From Minisyncoccota bacterium (lineage in GTDB: Bacteria > Patescibacteriota > Minisyncoccia > Phycocordibacterales > DSPV01), in the NCBI GenBank assembly GCA_041662545.1, contig JBAZSH010000002.1, forward strand, positions 2,239-66,238: 64,000 nucleotides of DNA. Reading direction: 5' to 3'. The translations under genes and the position numbers were made by a program. The stretch's first letter is position 1. Every line of letters starts with the position of its first letter. The notes beneath the pieces are model-generated. The model saw nothing but the letters and a program-made list of their open reading frames with translations. It did not search any database and was not told the DNA's origin. This document shows, in pieces, positions 1 to 14,984 of this stretch.

Positions 1-423
1 CTTTTCCACGTCGGCATTTGGCTTATCAATTTTATTGATGGCGACAACAAACGGAATGGCGCTTTTTTTAATACAATCTAGTGCTTCTAAAGTTTGCGGT
101 TTGACGCCGTCTTCGGCCGAGATCACCAGAATTGCCACATCGGCAACACTGGCTCCACGACTGCGGATGCCGGCAAAAGCGGCGTGGCCTGGTGTGTCCA
201 AAAAAGTAATCCGGTGCTCTTTGCCCTCGTCGTCTTTGTGAGTGGCTTCGTAAGCGCCGATGTGTTGGGTAATACCGCCGGTTTCTTTTTCGGCGACACT
301 GGTTTTTCTGACATAGTCCAAAAGTGTTGATTTTCCGTGATCAATATGACCCATCACAACAACCACCGGCGGTCTGTCCGCCGGCACTTCTGCCGCCTTT
401 TGTTTTTCCGTTTTAGCTTTCAC
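1..423 (-). CDS. infB: Translation initiation factor IF-2, 5' part (runs off window)
   Basis: Minus-strand translation from GTG at 423 gives [25 protein letters not shown]...[10 protein letters not shown]...[10 protein letters not shown]; not in the ORF track. Confidence 0.95.
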   Translation of the reverse strand, partial: MKAKTEKQKAAEVPADRPPVVVVMGHIDHGKSTLLDYVRKTSVAEKETGGITQHIGAYEATHKDDEGKEHRITFLDTPGHAAFAGIRSRGASVADVAILVISAEDGVKPQTLEALDCIKKSAIPFVVAINKIDKPNADVEK

Positions 424-469
424 CTGCGCACTATACCACAAAAATTATCGGATAAGAAGTGGTGGGGTA

Positions 470-497
470 TTGACAGTAAAAAACCCTTGGCTATACT
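470..497 (+). promoter_or_regulatory. Sigma70-type promoter upstream of 23S rRNA
   Basis: TTGACA (470-475), 16-bp spacer, TATACT (492-497). Confidence 0.7.
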
Positions 498-582
498 ATC
501 AGCACAATACTATATATGTTTACCTTAAACAAAATCATTTCAAAGCGGAAAAAATTGCTAACGCCTCTCTTGGCTGTTATCT

Positions 583-616
583 AAAAATCCCGCTTTGAAA
601 AGCGGGATTTTTGTTT
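583..616 (+). terminator. Intrinsic terminator-like hairpin in rRNA leader
   Basis: AAAAATCCCGCTTT-GA-AAAGCGGGATTTTT perfect inverted repeat followed by GTTT. Confidence 0.55.
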
Positions 617-766
617 CAAGGTTTTACCGGCCGACTGCTTTTTGTCAATTAAATTCCATCGTGGCGATTAAGACCTAAAGGGTCTTTTCGGTTGTCGCAG
701 ATGGGGCAGGTAAAAAGTAAGTATAAGAAAGCCCGCCAGTGGGCGGGTAGATGATTTCCAAGTTTC

Positions 767-4033
<3,267 letters not shown>

Positions 4034-4074
4034 GAAACTTGGAAATCACCATATTTTTTTACCTTTGAAAATTT

Positions 4075-4194
4075 TGTTTTGGTGACTCATCGCGGGGGCA
4101 ACACCTCTTCCCATTCCGAACAGAGCCGTTAAGCCCCGTTGAGGCGATGATATCTCGATTAATTTTGGGAGAAAGTAGCTAGTCGCCAAAACAA
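4075..4194 (+). rRNA. rrf: 5S rRNA
   Basis: CCCATTCCGAAC and GTTAAGC motifs, terminal helix TTGTTTTGGTGACT/AGTCGCCAAAACAA, directly after 23S. Confidence 0.92.
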
Positions 4195-4217
4195 AGTTTT
4201 TAATTTATACTATTATT

Positions 4218-4970
4218 ATGAGTATTTGGTCGGCTAAAAGAAAATTTTTTTACTTCGCCGGCGCAACTTTGTTTGTGTTGCTTTTTGTCGGTTTGCCGAT
4301 TTTTCTTTTGGTTTATCGTGTGCCAACTTGTTCAGATGGTAAACAAAATCAAGGTGAGACTGGAATTGATTGCGGTGGTTCTTGTCGGGCGGTGTGTGCT
4401 TCGGTTGCCATTGAACCAATTGTTTGGTGGCAAAGATTTTTCCAAATTTCTCCTGGTGTTTATAACACAGTCGCGCGTGTGGAAAATCCCAATACCGATT
4501 CGGCGGTAGCGCGAGCGAAATATATTTTTCGGTTGTATGATAAAGCCAACGCTGTAATTGCTTGGAGAGAGGGTGAGACCAATATTCCTCCCCACCAGAT
4601 TTTTTATATTTTTGAGGGTAGTTTATCAACTGGAGAACGCCTGCCTGTTAAAGCCACTTTTGAATTTGTCGCCCCACTTAATTGGGTTGTAGAAAAAACA
4701 TTAACACCACTTTCAGTTACCGGACAAATTTTATCCAAAACTTCGACCGTGCCCCGATTGGATGCGATTTTAAGGAACAATAGTGATAATGATGTTCACG
4801 ATGTGGAGTTGGTGGCAGTGATTTTTGACGCTGATGGCAACGCCATTAATGCTTCTAAGACTGTTATTGATGCGGTTCTTAGCGAATCAGCCGTGCCGTT
4901 CTTTTTCACTTGGCGTCAGCCGTTTGATAAGGAACCGACGCGGGTGGAAATAATTCCAAGGCTAAAGTGA
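4218..4970 (+). CDS. Membrane-anchored exported protein with Cys-rich CSDGKQNQGETGIDCGGSC motif and Ig-like domains
   Basis: N-terminal TM helix, Cys motif, beta-rich C-terminus; 250 aa. Confidence 0.7.
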   Translation: MSIWSAKRKFFYFAGATLFVLLFVGLPIFLLVYRVPTCSDGKQNQGETGIDCGGSCRAVCASVAIEPIVWWQRFFQISPGVYNTVARVENPNTDSAVARAKYIFRLYDKANAVIAWREGETNIPPHQIFYIFEGSLSTGERLPVKATFEFVAPLNWVVEKTLTPLSVTGQILSKTSTVPRLDAILRNNSDNDVHDVELVAVIFDADGNAINASKTVIDAVLSESAVPFFFTWRQPFDKEPTRVEIIPRLK

Positions 4971-6094
4971 AGCGGATTTTTTTGGCATTCAAAAATATTG
5001 ATTGGTTACTACTGGCAGCGGTTTTACCTTTGCTTTTTGCCGGTCTATCGGTAATGAATTCTTTTACTGGTGAGAGTCAGTATTATGACCGGCAGTTAGT
5101 TTGGATTGCCTTTGCGCTAGCCATCTTTTTTATCTTCAGTTTTATTGATTTTCGATTTCTCCGTTCTAGTGGTGTTTTGGTCGCTTTATTTTTAGCGGCT
5201 ATCGGCACTCTGTTGCTTTTGTTTTTTATTGCCAATGTTGTTCACGGTACCAAGAGTTGGTTTTCCATTGGAACTTTTTCATTTCAGCCTTCCGATCCAG
5301 CCAAATTGATTTTAATTTTAGTTTTAGCTAAATATTTTTCCCGTCGGCACATTGAAATCGCTGACCTCAAACATATTATTGTTTCTGGACTTTATGCTCT
5401 GCTAATTTTTCTTTTGGTTTTGTTTCAGCCGGATTTTGGCTCGGCGATTATAATTTTTATGATTTGGCTTGGTATGGTATTGGTCTCTGGCATTTCCAAA
5501 AAACATCTGCTCTTAGTTTTTTTGACAACCCTTTCTGTTTTTTTAGTAATGTGGAGTTTTGTTTTAGCTGATTATCAAAAACAACGGGTATTAACTTTTC
5601 TTAACCCACTAACTGATATCCAAGGTGCTGGTTACAACGCTTACCAATCAACTATCGCTGTTGGCTCCGGTGAACTTTTGGGCAAGGGGGTTGGTTATGG
5701 CACACAATCGCGTTTGAAATTTCTTCCCGAATACGAAACCGATTTTATTTTTGCCGCTTTTGCCGAAGAATGGGGTTTTGTCGGGGTGGTGATTTTGTTT
5801 GGATTGTTTGGGGTTGTCATCTGGCGAATTTTAGCCACCGCTTTTTATGGTGCAACCAATTTTGAAATCTTGTTTGGTCTCGGTTTGGTGATTTTTTTGA
5901 CTAGTCATTTTGCTGTGCATATTGGTATGAATATTGGTTTGTTGCCAGTAACTGGTGTAACTTTACCATTCTTGAGTTATGGTGGCTCGCACCTTCTGAC
6001 CGAATTTGCTGGTCTTGGAATTTTGATGGGCATGCGCCGTTATCGCCGTGTTGCCCACAAAGAGGTAATGAAGAATGAATTTTTGGGGGTGTAA
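4967..6094 (+). CDS. rodA: SEDS family peptidoglycan glycosyltransferase RodA
   Basis: Polytopic; FQPS, QPDFGSA, GSGELLGKG, LPEYETDFIF, LPFLSYGGS motifs. Confidence 0.9.
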   Translation: MKRIFLAFKNIDWLLLAAVLPLLFAGLSVMNSFTGESQYYDRQLVWIAFALAIFFIFSFIDFRFLRSSGVLVALFLAAIGTLLLLFFIANVVHGTKSWFSIGTFSFQPSDPAKLILILVLAKYFSRRHIEIADLKHIIVSGLYALLIFLLVLFQPDFGSAIIIFMIWLGMVLVSGISKKHLLLVFLTTLSVFLVMWSFVLADYQKQRVLTFLNPLTDIQGAGYNAYQSTIAVGSGELLGKGVGYGTQSRLKFLPEYETDFIFAAFAEEWGFVGVVILFGLFGVVIWRILATAFYGATNFEILFGLGLVIFLTSHFAVHIGMNIGLLPVTGVTLPFLSYGGSHLLTEFAGLGILMGMRRYRRVAHKEVMKNEFLGV

Positions 6095-6127
6095 GACAAA
6101 TTATGGTTTTTTTGATAGTATTTAACT

Positions 6128-6409
6128 ATGTTAAAGCTTGAGGAAATAGAAAAGCTGGCGAAGTTGGCGCGATTGGAAATTCCGGCGGAGGAGAAGGAAA
6201 TTCTACGAAAAGAAGTGGGGGAAATTCTGGAGTATGTGGGGCAGATTCAACAACTTTCGCCCAAAGAACCGCCGAAGGAAGCGGGTGTTGTTCGCAATGT
6301 TTTTCGTGAAGATAAAGAACCGCATCAAACCAGTGAATTTACCGACGCACTTTTAGCTAATGTGCCGGAGAAAGAAAACGGTTACATCAAAGTCAAAAAG
6401 ATTTTATGA
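6128..6409 (+). CDS. gatC: Asp/Glu-tRNA amidotransferase subunit C
   Basis: LAKLARL, FRED, GYIKVKKIL; precedes gatA. Confidence 0.92.
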   Translation: MLKLEEIEKLAKLARLEIPAEEKEILRKEVGEILEYVGQIQQLSPKEPPKEAGVVRNVFREDKEPHQTSEFTDALLANVPEKENGYIKVKKIL

Positions 6410-7806
6410 AAATTGATTTAGAAAAATTGACGATTAAAAAAGCCCATGACGCTCTTTTGAAAAAAGAATTTTCGGCGCGGGATTTGACGGAGGCGTATTT
6501 GGCGGAAATTGATAAAAAAAATTCAGGACTGAACGCCTATTTGGAAGTTTTTGCCGATGCTTTAGAGCAAGCCGGCGCGGCGGATGAGAAGATAAAAAAA
6601 GGCGAGGTGGGTGTGCTAACCGGCATTCCGCTTGCCATCAAAGACAACATTTTGATAAAAGGTCGCCGCGCCGGCGCTGCTTCCAAAATTTTGGAGGGTT
6701 ATGTGGCGCCCTATGACGCAACGGTGATTAAGAAGCTCAAGGAAGCCGGCGCGGTTTTTTTGGGCCGCGTGAATATGGATGAATTTGCTATGGGTGGTTC
6801 CACTGAAAATTCCGCTTATGGTGTGACAAAAAATCCCCACGATGAGACACGCGTTTCGGGCGGCTCCTCCGGCGGTTCCGCCGCCTCCGTCGCCGCCAAT
6901 TTAGCGTTGGCAGCACTCGGTTCTGATACTGGTGGTTCTGTTCGTCAACCTGCCGCCTTTTGTGGCGTTGTCGGTTTGAAACCAACTTATGGTGCCGTTT
7001 CTCGTTCCGGTTTGATGGCAATGGGTTCGTCTTTAGATCAAATTGGACCTTTGGCAAAAACGGTGGAAGATGCGGAAATAATTTTTAATATCATCCGTGG
7101 ACAAGATCCAATGGACAGCACCACAATTTCTGAAAAAACTTATTCGCGCTTACCTTTACTGAAAAAATTTGTCATTGGCGTGCCTCGCGATTTTTTAGGT
7201 GAAGGTGTTGATAAAGAAGTTTTGGAAAATTTTGAAGTCGGATTGAAAAAACTAGAAAAAGCTGGCGTTGAAATTCGCGATATTGAATTACCAAATTTAA
7301 AATATTCTCTTCCCGCTTATTATATTATTATGCCAGCCGAAGTTTCTTCTAATCTGGCGCGTTTTGATGGCGTTAAGTTCGGGGCGAAAATTGCCGGCGC
7401 CAATCTTCTGGAAGATTATCTTAAAACCCGCGGCCAATTGTTTGGCAAAGAGGCGCGCCGCCGAATTATTCTCGGTACCTATGTCTTGTCTGCTGGTTAC
7501 TACGATGCTTATTACAACAAAGCTATTGCGGTACGAAAAATGATTGCCGACGACCTAAAAAAAGTTTTTGATTCTGGTATTCACGCTATTGCTACGCCCA
7601 TTACACCGACGCTCGCTTTCAAAATCGGCGAAAAAATAAACGACCCGCTTCAGATGTATCTTGCAGATATTTTTACCGTGACTGCCAATATTACTGGCAT
7701 ACCCGCCATTTCTATTCCATCTGGTTCCACCGGCTTCCAACTTCAAGCTCCTTGGGGTCGCGAAGATATCCTCTTTGAAATTGGTGAGAAGTTTGAGAAG
7801 ATATAA
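6406..7806 (+). CDS. gatA: Asp/Glu-tRNA amidotransferase subunit A
   Basis: Amidase signature GGSSGGSAA, GSDTGGSVRQPA, RRIILGTYVLSAGYYDAYY. Confidence 0.97.
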   Translation: MKIDLEKLTIKKAHDALLKKEFSARDLTEAYLAEIDKKNSGLNAYLEVFADALEQAGAADEKIKKGEVGVLTGIPLAIKDNILIKGRRAGAASKILEGYVAPYDATVIKKLKEAGAVFLGRVNMDEFAMGGSTENSAYGVTKNPHDETRVSGGSSGGSAASVAANLALAALGSDTGGSVRQPAAFCGVVGLKPTYGAVSRSGLMAMGSSLDQIGPLAKTVEDAEIIFNIIRGQDPMDSTTISEKTYSRLPLLKKFVIGVPRDFLGEGVDKEVLENFEVGLKKLEKAGVEIRDIELPNLKYSLPAYYIIMPAEVSSNLARFDGVKFGAKIAGANLLEDYLKTRGQLFGKEARRRIILGTYVLSAGYYDAYYNKAIAVRKMIADDLKKVFDSGIHAIATPITPTLAFKIGEKINDPLQMYLADIFTVTANITGIPAISIPSGSTGFQLQAPWGREDILFEIGEKFEKI

Positions 7807-7808
7807 TC

Positions 7809-9320
7809 ATGGCCGAAGATAAAAAAGAAAAAAAAGATAAAAGTTCAACCACCGGTTTTGGGGAGGTTTTTTTAATCCTCATAGTACTTTTCTTTTTGTG
7901 GCGCGCTCTCGCTGGTGCTTTCGCTGGTGGGATAGGTGGTGTCGGCGATTTTTTCAATCGTCTTAATATTTCATTAAATCCTTTTTCCAATACTGCGCCA
8001 TTGGGATCGATTTATTTAGAAAAGGATGAAACGCTAATTGGCAAGACGGTTTTCAACAAGGAAAACGGCAAAGTCGGCAAAATTGTCAGTGGTCCAGAAC
8101 TTAGGAATGGTAATCGTTATTGGTCGGTAAGTTATGATGACGGCACCAATGGTTGGGTGGCGGAAGACGCGTTGAGCGAGCCGGTCGCTATAAAGTTTAT
8201 TCCGGGCGAAACTCCGGTTGGTGAACGCGCCGTTGCTGATGGTCCAATGCCAGTTTACGATAAGCCGGGCGGTTTAGTGATTGGCAATCAATTGGACGGT
8301 TCGCCCGGCACCATTACCAAGGGTCCGGAAAATTTCGGTGGCAAAGATTATTTTTTCATGGATTTTGATAATGGTCCGGATGGTTGGGTCGTCGCTGATA
8401 AATTGACTGATGAAAACGGTGTGCCGATTAAATACGGCAAAACTGCTCTCGGCGGTTCTGTTATGACGAAAGACGGGAAAATTGGGAAAATTACTCAAGG
8501 TCCGGAATTTAGAAATGGCGAACGCCACTGGTTTGTCCAATTTCTAGACGGCAGTAGTGGTTGGGTAAAAGAGAGTGATTTATTTGGCGTTGGGCTAAAA
8601 AATTTTGATGCTGGTAATCAGATAATTGGTATGAAAGTGGCGGTGGCGCAGAGCACGGCGGTCTATGACGAACCAGGTGGAAATATTATCGGTTACCAAA
8701 AAAGAGGCACGAGCGGCACGATTTTTAAAGGTCCGCTTCTTGGTGCTGATGGCAAGCGCTATTGGTTTGTGGATTTTGAAAATGTCGAGGATGGTTGGGT
8801 GGCGGAAGATAATTTGTTTGTCATCGTGGAACATCCCTTAGCGAACAAATTCTCGTCTTTGGCGAGTTCCGCGTTGACAATTTTCAATCTTTTTATGTTG
8901 ACTGGTATTGTTTATACTTTAATCAGAATAATTCAAATTTCTTCAGCTCATAGTCATAAGATAAAAGTTGAGGAGACCAAAATGCGAGTTGGTCGAGAAG
9001 TTTCGCATCCGCGTTGGGAAAAAGTCCGAGATCATTTGTCATCGGAAAATCCGAGCGATTGGCGATTGGCGGTAATGGAAGCCGATATCATTCTAGGTGA
9101 GATGCTGGAAAAAATGGGTTACATAAAAGGGGAAACGATTGGTGATAAATTAAAAACCATTGAAAAAAGTGATTTTACTTCTCTGGATCAGGCCTGGGAA
9201 GCCCACCGAATTCGCAATATGATTGCCCACGAAGGCGCTGATTATATTTTAACTGACCGCGAAGCCAAGCGCGTGATAGGTCTTTATGAGCAGGTGTTTA
9301 AAGAGTTTAGATATATTTAA
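7809..9320 (+). CDS. Membrane protein with four SH3-like repeats and C-terminal HEPN-like domain
   Basis: Two hydrophobic helices flank four GxIxxGP...GWV repeats; C-terminal RNMIAH (RxxxxH). Confidence 0.65.
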   Translation: MAEDKKEKKDKSSTTGFGEVFLILIVLFFLWRALAGAFAGGIGGVGDFFNRLNISLNPFSNTAPLGSIYLEKDETLIGKTVFNKENGKVGKIVSGPELRNGNRYWSVSYDDGTNGWVAEDALSEPVAIKFIPGETPVGERAVADGPMPVYDKPGGLVIGNQLDGSPGTITKGPENFGGKDYFFMDFDNGPDGWVVADKLTDENGVPIKYGKTALGGSVMTKDGKIGKITQGPEFRNGERHWFVQFLDGSSGWVKESDLFGVGLKNFDAGNQIIGMKVAVAQSTAVYDEPGGNIIGYQKRGTSGTIFKGPLLGADGKRYWFVDFENVEDGWVAEDNLFVIVEHPLANKFSSLASSALTIFNLFMLTGIVYTLIRIIQISSAHSHKIKVEETKMRVGREVSHPRWEKVRDHLSSENPSDWRLAVMEADIILGEMLEKMGYIKGETIGDKLKTIEKSDFTSLDQAWEAHRIRNMIAHEGADYILTDREAKRVIGLYEQVFKEFRYI

Positions 9321-9956
9321 ATGCGAAAAAGTGAAATCATAATTTTGGTGGTAACGGTCGTGGCGTTTGTGGTTGCTTATTTAATTTATCCCGTCTTGCC
9401 GGAGAAGATGGCATCGCATTGGAATGCGGCCGGCGAAGTCAATGGTTATATGAGCCGATTTTGGACGGTGGCGATGTTACCTTTTATGATGGCGATTTTT
9501 TCGCTGATGTTTATTTTAATTCCACGCATTGACCCGCTCAAAAAAAATATTGCCCAGTTCCGGAAATATTTTGACTGGTTTATTTTTGCCATTACCGCCT
9601 TTTTGGTTTATGTTTACGCTCTGACAATTTTGTGGAACTTTGGCTGGCGATTTAATTTTGCCGTGGTGATGACGCCGGCTCTGGCCGCGTTGTTTTATTT
9701 TTCCGGAGTTCTGATGAGCAAAGCCAAGCGCAATTATTTTATCGGTATTCGGACGCCCTGGACTTTATCAAATGATGTTGTTTGGGATAAAACTCATCGA
9801 TTAGCCGCGAAGCTTTTTAAATGGGCTGCCGGTTTTTCCTTAATTGGAATTTTCTTTGGAAAACTCGCCATTTATTTTGTTCTTATTCCGGTTGTTGCCG
9901 CTGCTCTGATTTCTGTTGTCTATTCCTATGTCGCCTATAGGCAAGAAGTAAAATAG
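9321..9956 (+). CDS. SdpI/DUF1648 family membrane protein
   Basis: ASHWNAAGEVNGY and NYFIGIRTPWTLSNDVVWDKTHR motifs. Confidence 0.85.
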   Translation: MRKSEIIILVVTVVAFVVAYLIYPVLPEKMASHWNAAGEVNGYMSRFWTVAMLPFMMAIFSLMFILIPRIDPLKKNIAQFRKYFDWFIFAITAFLVYVYALTILWNFGWRFNFAVVMTPALAALFYFSGVLMSKAKRNYFIGIRTPWTLSNDVVWDKTHRLAAKLFKWAAGFSLIGIFFGKLAIYFVLIPVVAAALISVVYSYVAYRQEVK

Positions 9957-9979
9957 TCGTCGTGATATAATAAATCTCA

Positions 9980-10738
9980 ATGGATTATCTTTGGGGTTTA
10001 TTTATTTTGGCGATTGGGGCAATAGTAGGTAGTTTTTTGAATGTGGTTGCCTTACGATATGGCACAGGTAAATCGCCATTAACCGGTCGGTCGTTTTGTT
10101 CGGCTTGTAATAGAAAACTTTCTGCCGTTGATCTGGTGCCAGTTTTTAGTTTTATTTTTCTTGGTGGCAAGTGCCGAACTTGCAAGGCAAAAATTTCTTG
10201 GCAATATCCGCTAGTGGAAATCCTGACCGCTATTATTTTTCTTTTTCTGTTTAAGTCGCCATTGGCGCTGGTTGCTTGGTGTATTTTGATTGTTATTATG
10301 ATTTACGATTGGCGGCACAAAATTATTCCCGACGGTTTGGCTTTGGCTTTTGGTATTTTGACTTTAGTAATGGCGATTTTGGCCAATTTTGACGGTAACT
10401 TGTTTTTGGCGTTACTTTGGGGTCCACTTTTTGCCACGCCATTTTTCTTACTCTGGTATTTTTCCGGCGGCAAATGGATGGGTTTAGGCGACGCTAAACT
10501 CGGTTTGGGATTGGGCTGGCTTTTGGGCGTTAAAAGCTTTGACGCTTTTATTTGGGCCTTTTGGATTGGCGCGGCGGTTTCTTTGCTAATTGTTTTTTGG
10601 CAAAGCTGGCAAAAGAATCAGAAAAAGCTTACAATGAAGAGCGAAGTGCCGTTTGCCCCTTTTCTATTTGTGGCAACTTTTCTGGTTTATTTTTTCAATA
10701 TCAGCGCACTCGGTTTAATTAATAATTTATTTTATTAA
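9980..10738 (+). CDS. pilD: Prepilin peptidase (A24 family)
   Basis: GSFLNVV, CxxC pairs, YD..HKIIPD, MGLGDAKL, PFAPFL. Confidence 0.9.
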   Translation: MDYLWGLFILAIGAIVGSFLNVVALRYGTGKSPLTGRSFCSACNRKLSAVDLVPVFSFIFLGGKCRTCKAKISWQYPLVEILTAIIFLFLFKSPLALVAWCILIVIMIYDWRHKIIPDGLALAFGILTLVMAILANFDGNLFLALLWGPLFATPFFLLWYFSGGKWMGLGDAKLGLGLGWLLGVKSFDAFIWAFWIGAAVSLLIVFWQSWQKNQKKLTMKSEVPFAPFLFVATFLVYFFNISALGLINNLFY

Positions 10739-11337
10739 TGTCACAGATTACACCTCACAGGTTGTCAAATAGTCGGGGTTTTACTCTCATTGAGACAATG
10801 GTTGCCTTGGGAATTTTTGTAATAGTTACCACCATTGTTTTCGTGGGTAATGGCCGTTTCAATAATACTCTTCTTTTGACCAACTTGGCTTACGATTTAG
10901 CATTAACCGTATCGCGAGCGCAATCCTATGGTATCAATGTCAGGCCATTTGACGATGCCACCAAGCCATTTGAGGTTGGCTATGGTGTTCATTTTAAGCT
11001 TGGTACTACAGTTGACCCCAAAGAATCAGATAAAGTTTCTTTTGTTTTATTTGCTGATATAAATAACAGTAAAAATTATACCACCGATGAATTTTTGGAG
11101 CGTTATCTTATTCGTCACGGTAATAAAATCAGTAAACTCTGGTTCACTTCTGATGGTAATTCGATTAATGAACTTAATATTACTTTCCTTAGGCCCAATC
11201 CCGATGCTATATTTAACTGTGTTGGTTGTTCTGGCGCTAGTAAAGTTGGCATAGAGGTTTCTTCAGCGGATGGTGTTACCACAAAAGTTATTACTATTGA
11301 ATCAACGGGACAAATTTCCGTTCAGTCAAAAATATGA
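10738..11337 (+). CDS. Type IV minor pilin-like protein
   Basis: RG/FTLIE class III signal plus hydrophobic helix. Confidence 0.85.
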   Translation: MSQITPHRLSNSRGFTLIETMVALGIFVIVTTIVFVGNGRFNNTLLLTNLAYDLALTVSRAQSYGINVRPFDDATKPFEVGYGVHFKLGTTVDPKESDKVSFVLFADINNSKNYTTDEFLERYLIRHGNKISKLWFTSDGNSINELNITFLRPNPDAIFNCVGCSGASKVGIEVSSADGVTTKVITIESTGQISVQSKI

Positions 11338-11858
11338 ATTGGAACTTGGAACTTGGAACTTGGAAATTCCGCGCCAGCGGCGGGTTCAGTTTAGTGGAGA
11401 TTCTTGTTTCCCTCGCCATTTTTTCTGTGGTGATGGTAACGGCCGCAGGTGCTTTATTAACAACTATTGATGCCAACCACAAAGCTCAAGCTGTTCAATT
11501 AGCAGTGAATAATTTAAGTTTTGCTTTGGAAAGTATGTCGCGACCGATTCGGGAAGGCAATAGTTATCCTGCGGATGGAGTCAGTAGTTCCTTCACTTTC
11601 AAAAAAAATGATAGTAGTGAAGTTTCTTATTATTTAGACAATGGCCGAATTATGCGAAAAGAGGGGGGCAATTTAGCTCAAGCCATTACCTCATTAGGAG
11701 TTACGGTAACTAAATTAGCGTTTTATGTAAGTGGATCAAGTGATCCAAAAAAACAACCACTGGTAACGATTGTTATTCAAGGCACAGCTGGTGAGACGGC
11801 AAAAATCCAGACCACATTTAATTTGCAAACGACTTTATCACAAAGAATACCAAGATGA
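11334..11858 (+). CDS. Type IV minor pilin-like protein
   Basis: GG/FSLVE class III signal. Confidence 0.85.
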   Translation: MNWNLELGTWKFRASGGFSLVEILVSLAIFSVVMVTAAGALLTTIDANHKAQAVQLAVNNLSFALESMSRPIREGNSYPADGVSSSFTFKKNDSSEVSYYLDNGRIMRKEGGNLAQAITSLGVTVTKLAFYVSGSSDPKKQPLVTIVIQGTAGETAKIQTTFNLQTTLSQRIPR

Positions 11859-12400
11859 TAAAAAACACAAAAAAAGGATTTACGCTTATAGAAACTCTGG
11901 TGGCAATTGCGATTTTGCTTTTGGCAGTAACAGCACCTTTGTCATTGGCGAATAAGAGTTTGAATTCTGCTTCTTTGTCAAAACAACAGATCATCGCTAG
12001 CTTTTTGGCGCAGGAAGCGATGGAATATATTCGCAATGTCCGTGATGAAAATGTTCTCAAACACAATGGCAGTTGGTTGCACCCAGATAGTGGTATTCAG
12101 TTTTGTTTCAACGGCAAATGCACCGTGGAACCGACGGGCACTTCTGGCACTGATAAAATAAAAAAGTGTCAGGAAACAGGTGGTAGTTGTCTACCATTGC
12201 GATTTGATCCATCAAATGGTGTTTATAGTTATTCTGACGGTGGCGACACCGAAGAATCCATTTACACCCGTTTTGCGCAAATGGACGAAATAGAAAATGA
12301 CGAAGAGGTGGCGGTCTTGGTGACGGTCTCGTGGCAGGGAACAAATGGCGCGAATTATGAAGTCGTCGCCCGTGAGAATTTAACCAATTGGCAATTTTAA
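11855..12400 (+). CDS. Type IV minor pilin-like protein (PilV-like)
   Basis: KG/FTLIE signal; LAQEAMEYIRN. Confidence 0.85.
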   Translation: MIKNTKKGFTLIETLVAIAILLLAVTAPLSLANKSLNSASLSKQQIIASFLAQEAMEYIRNVRDENVLKHNGSWLHPDSGIQFCFNGKCTVEPTGTSGTDKIKKCQETGGSCLPLRFDPSNGVYSYSDGGDTEESIYTRFAQMDEIENDEEVAVLVTVSWQGTNGANYEVVARENLTNWQF

Positions 12401-12401
12401 A

Positions 12402-14955
<2,554 letters not shown>

Positions 14956-14984
14956 ATTAAAAATGTTTGTGATATAATATTTTT

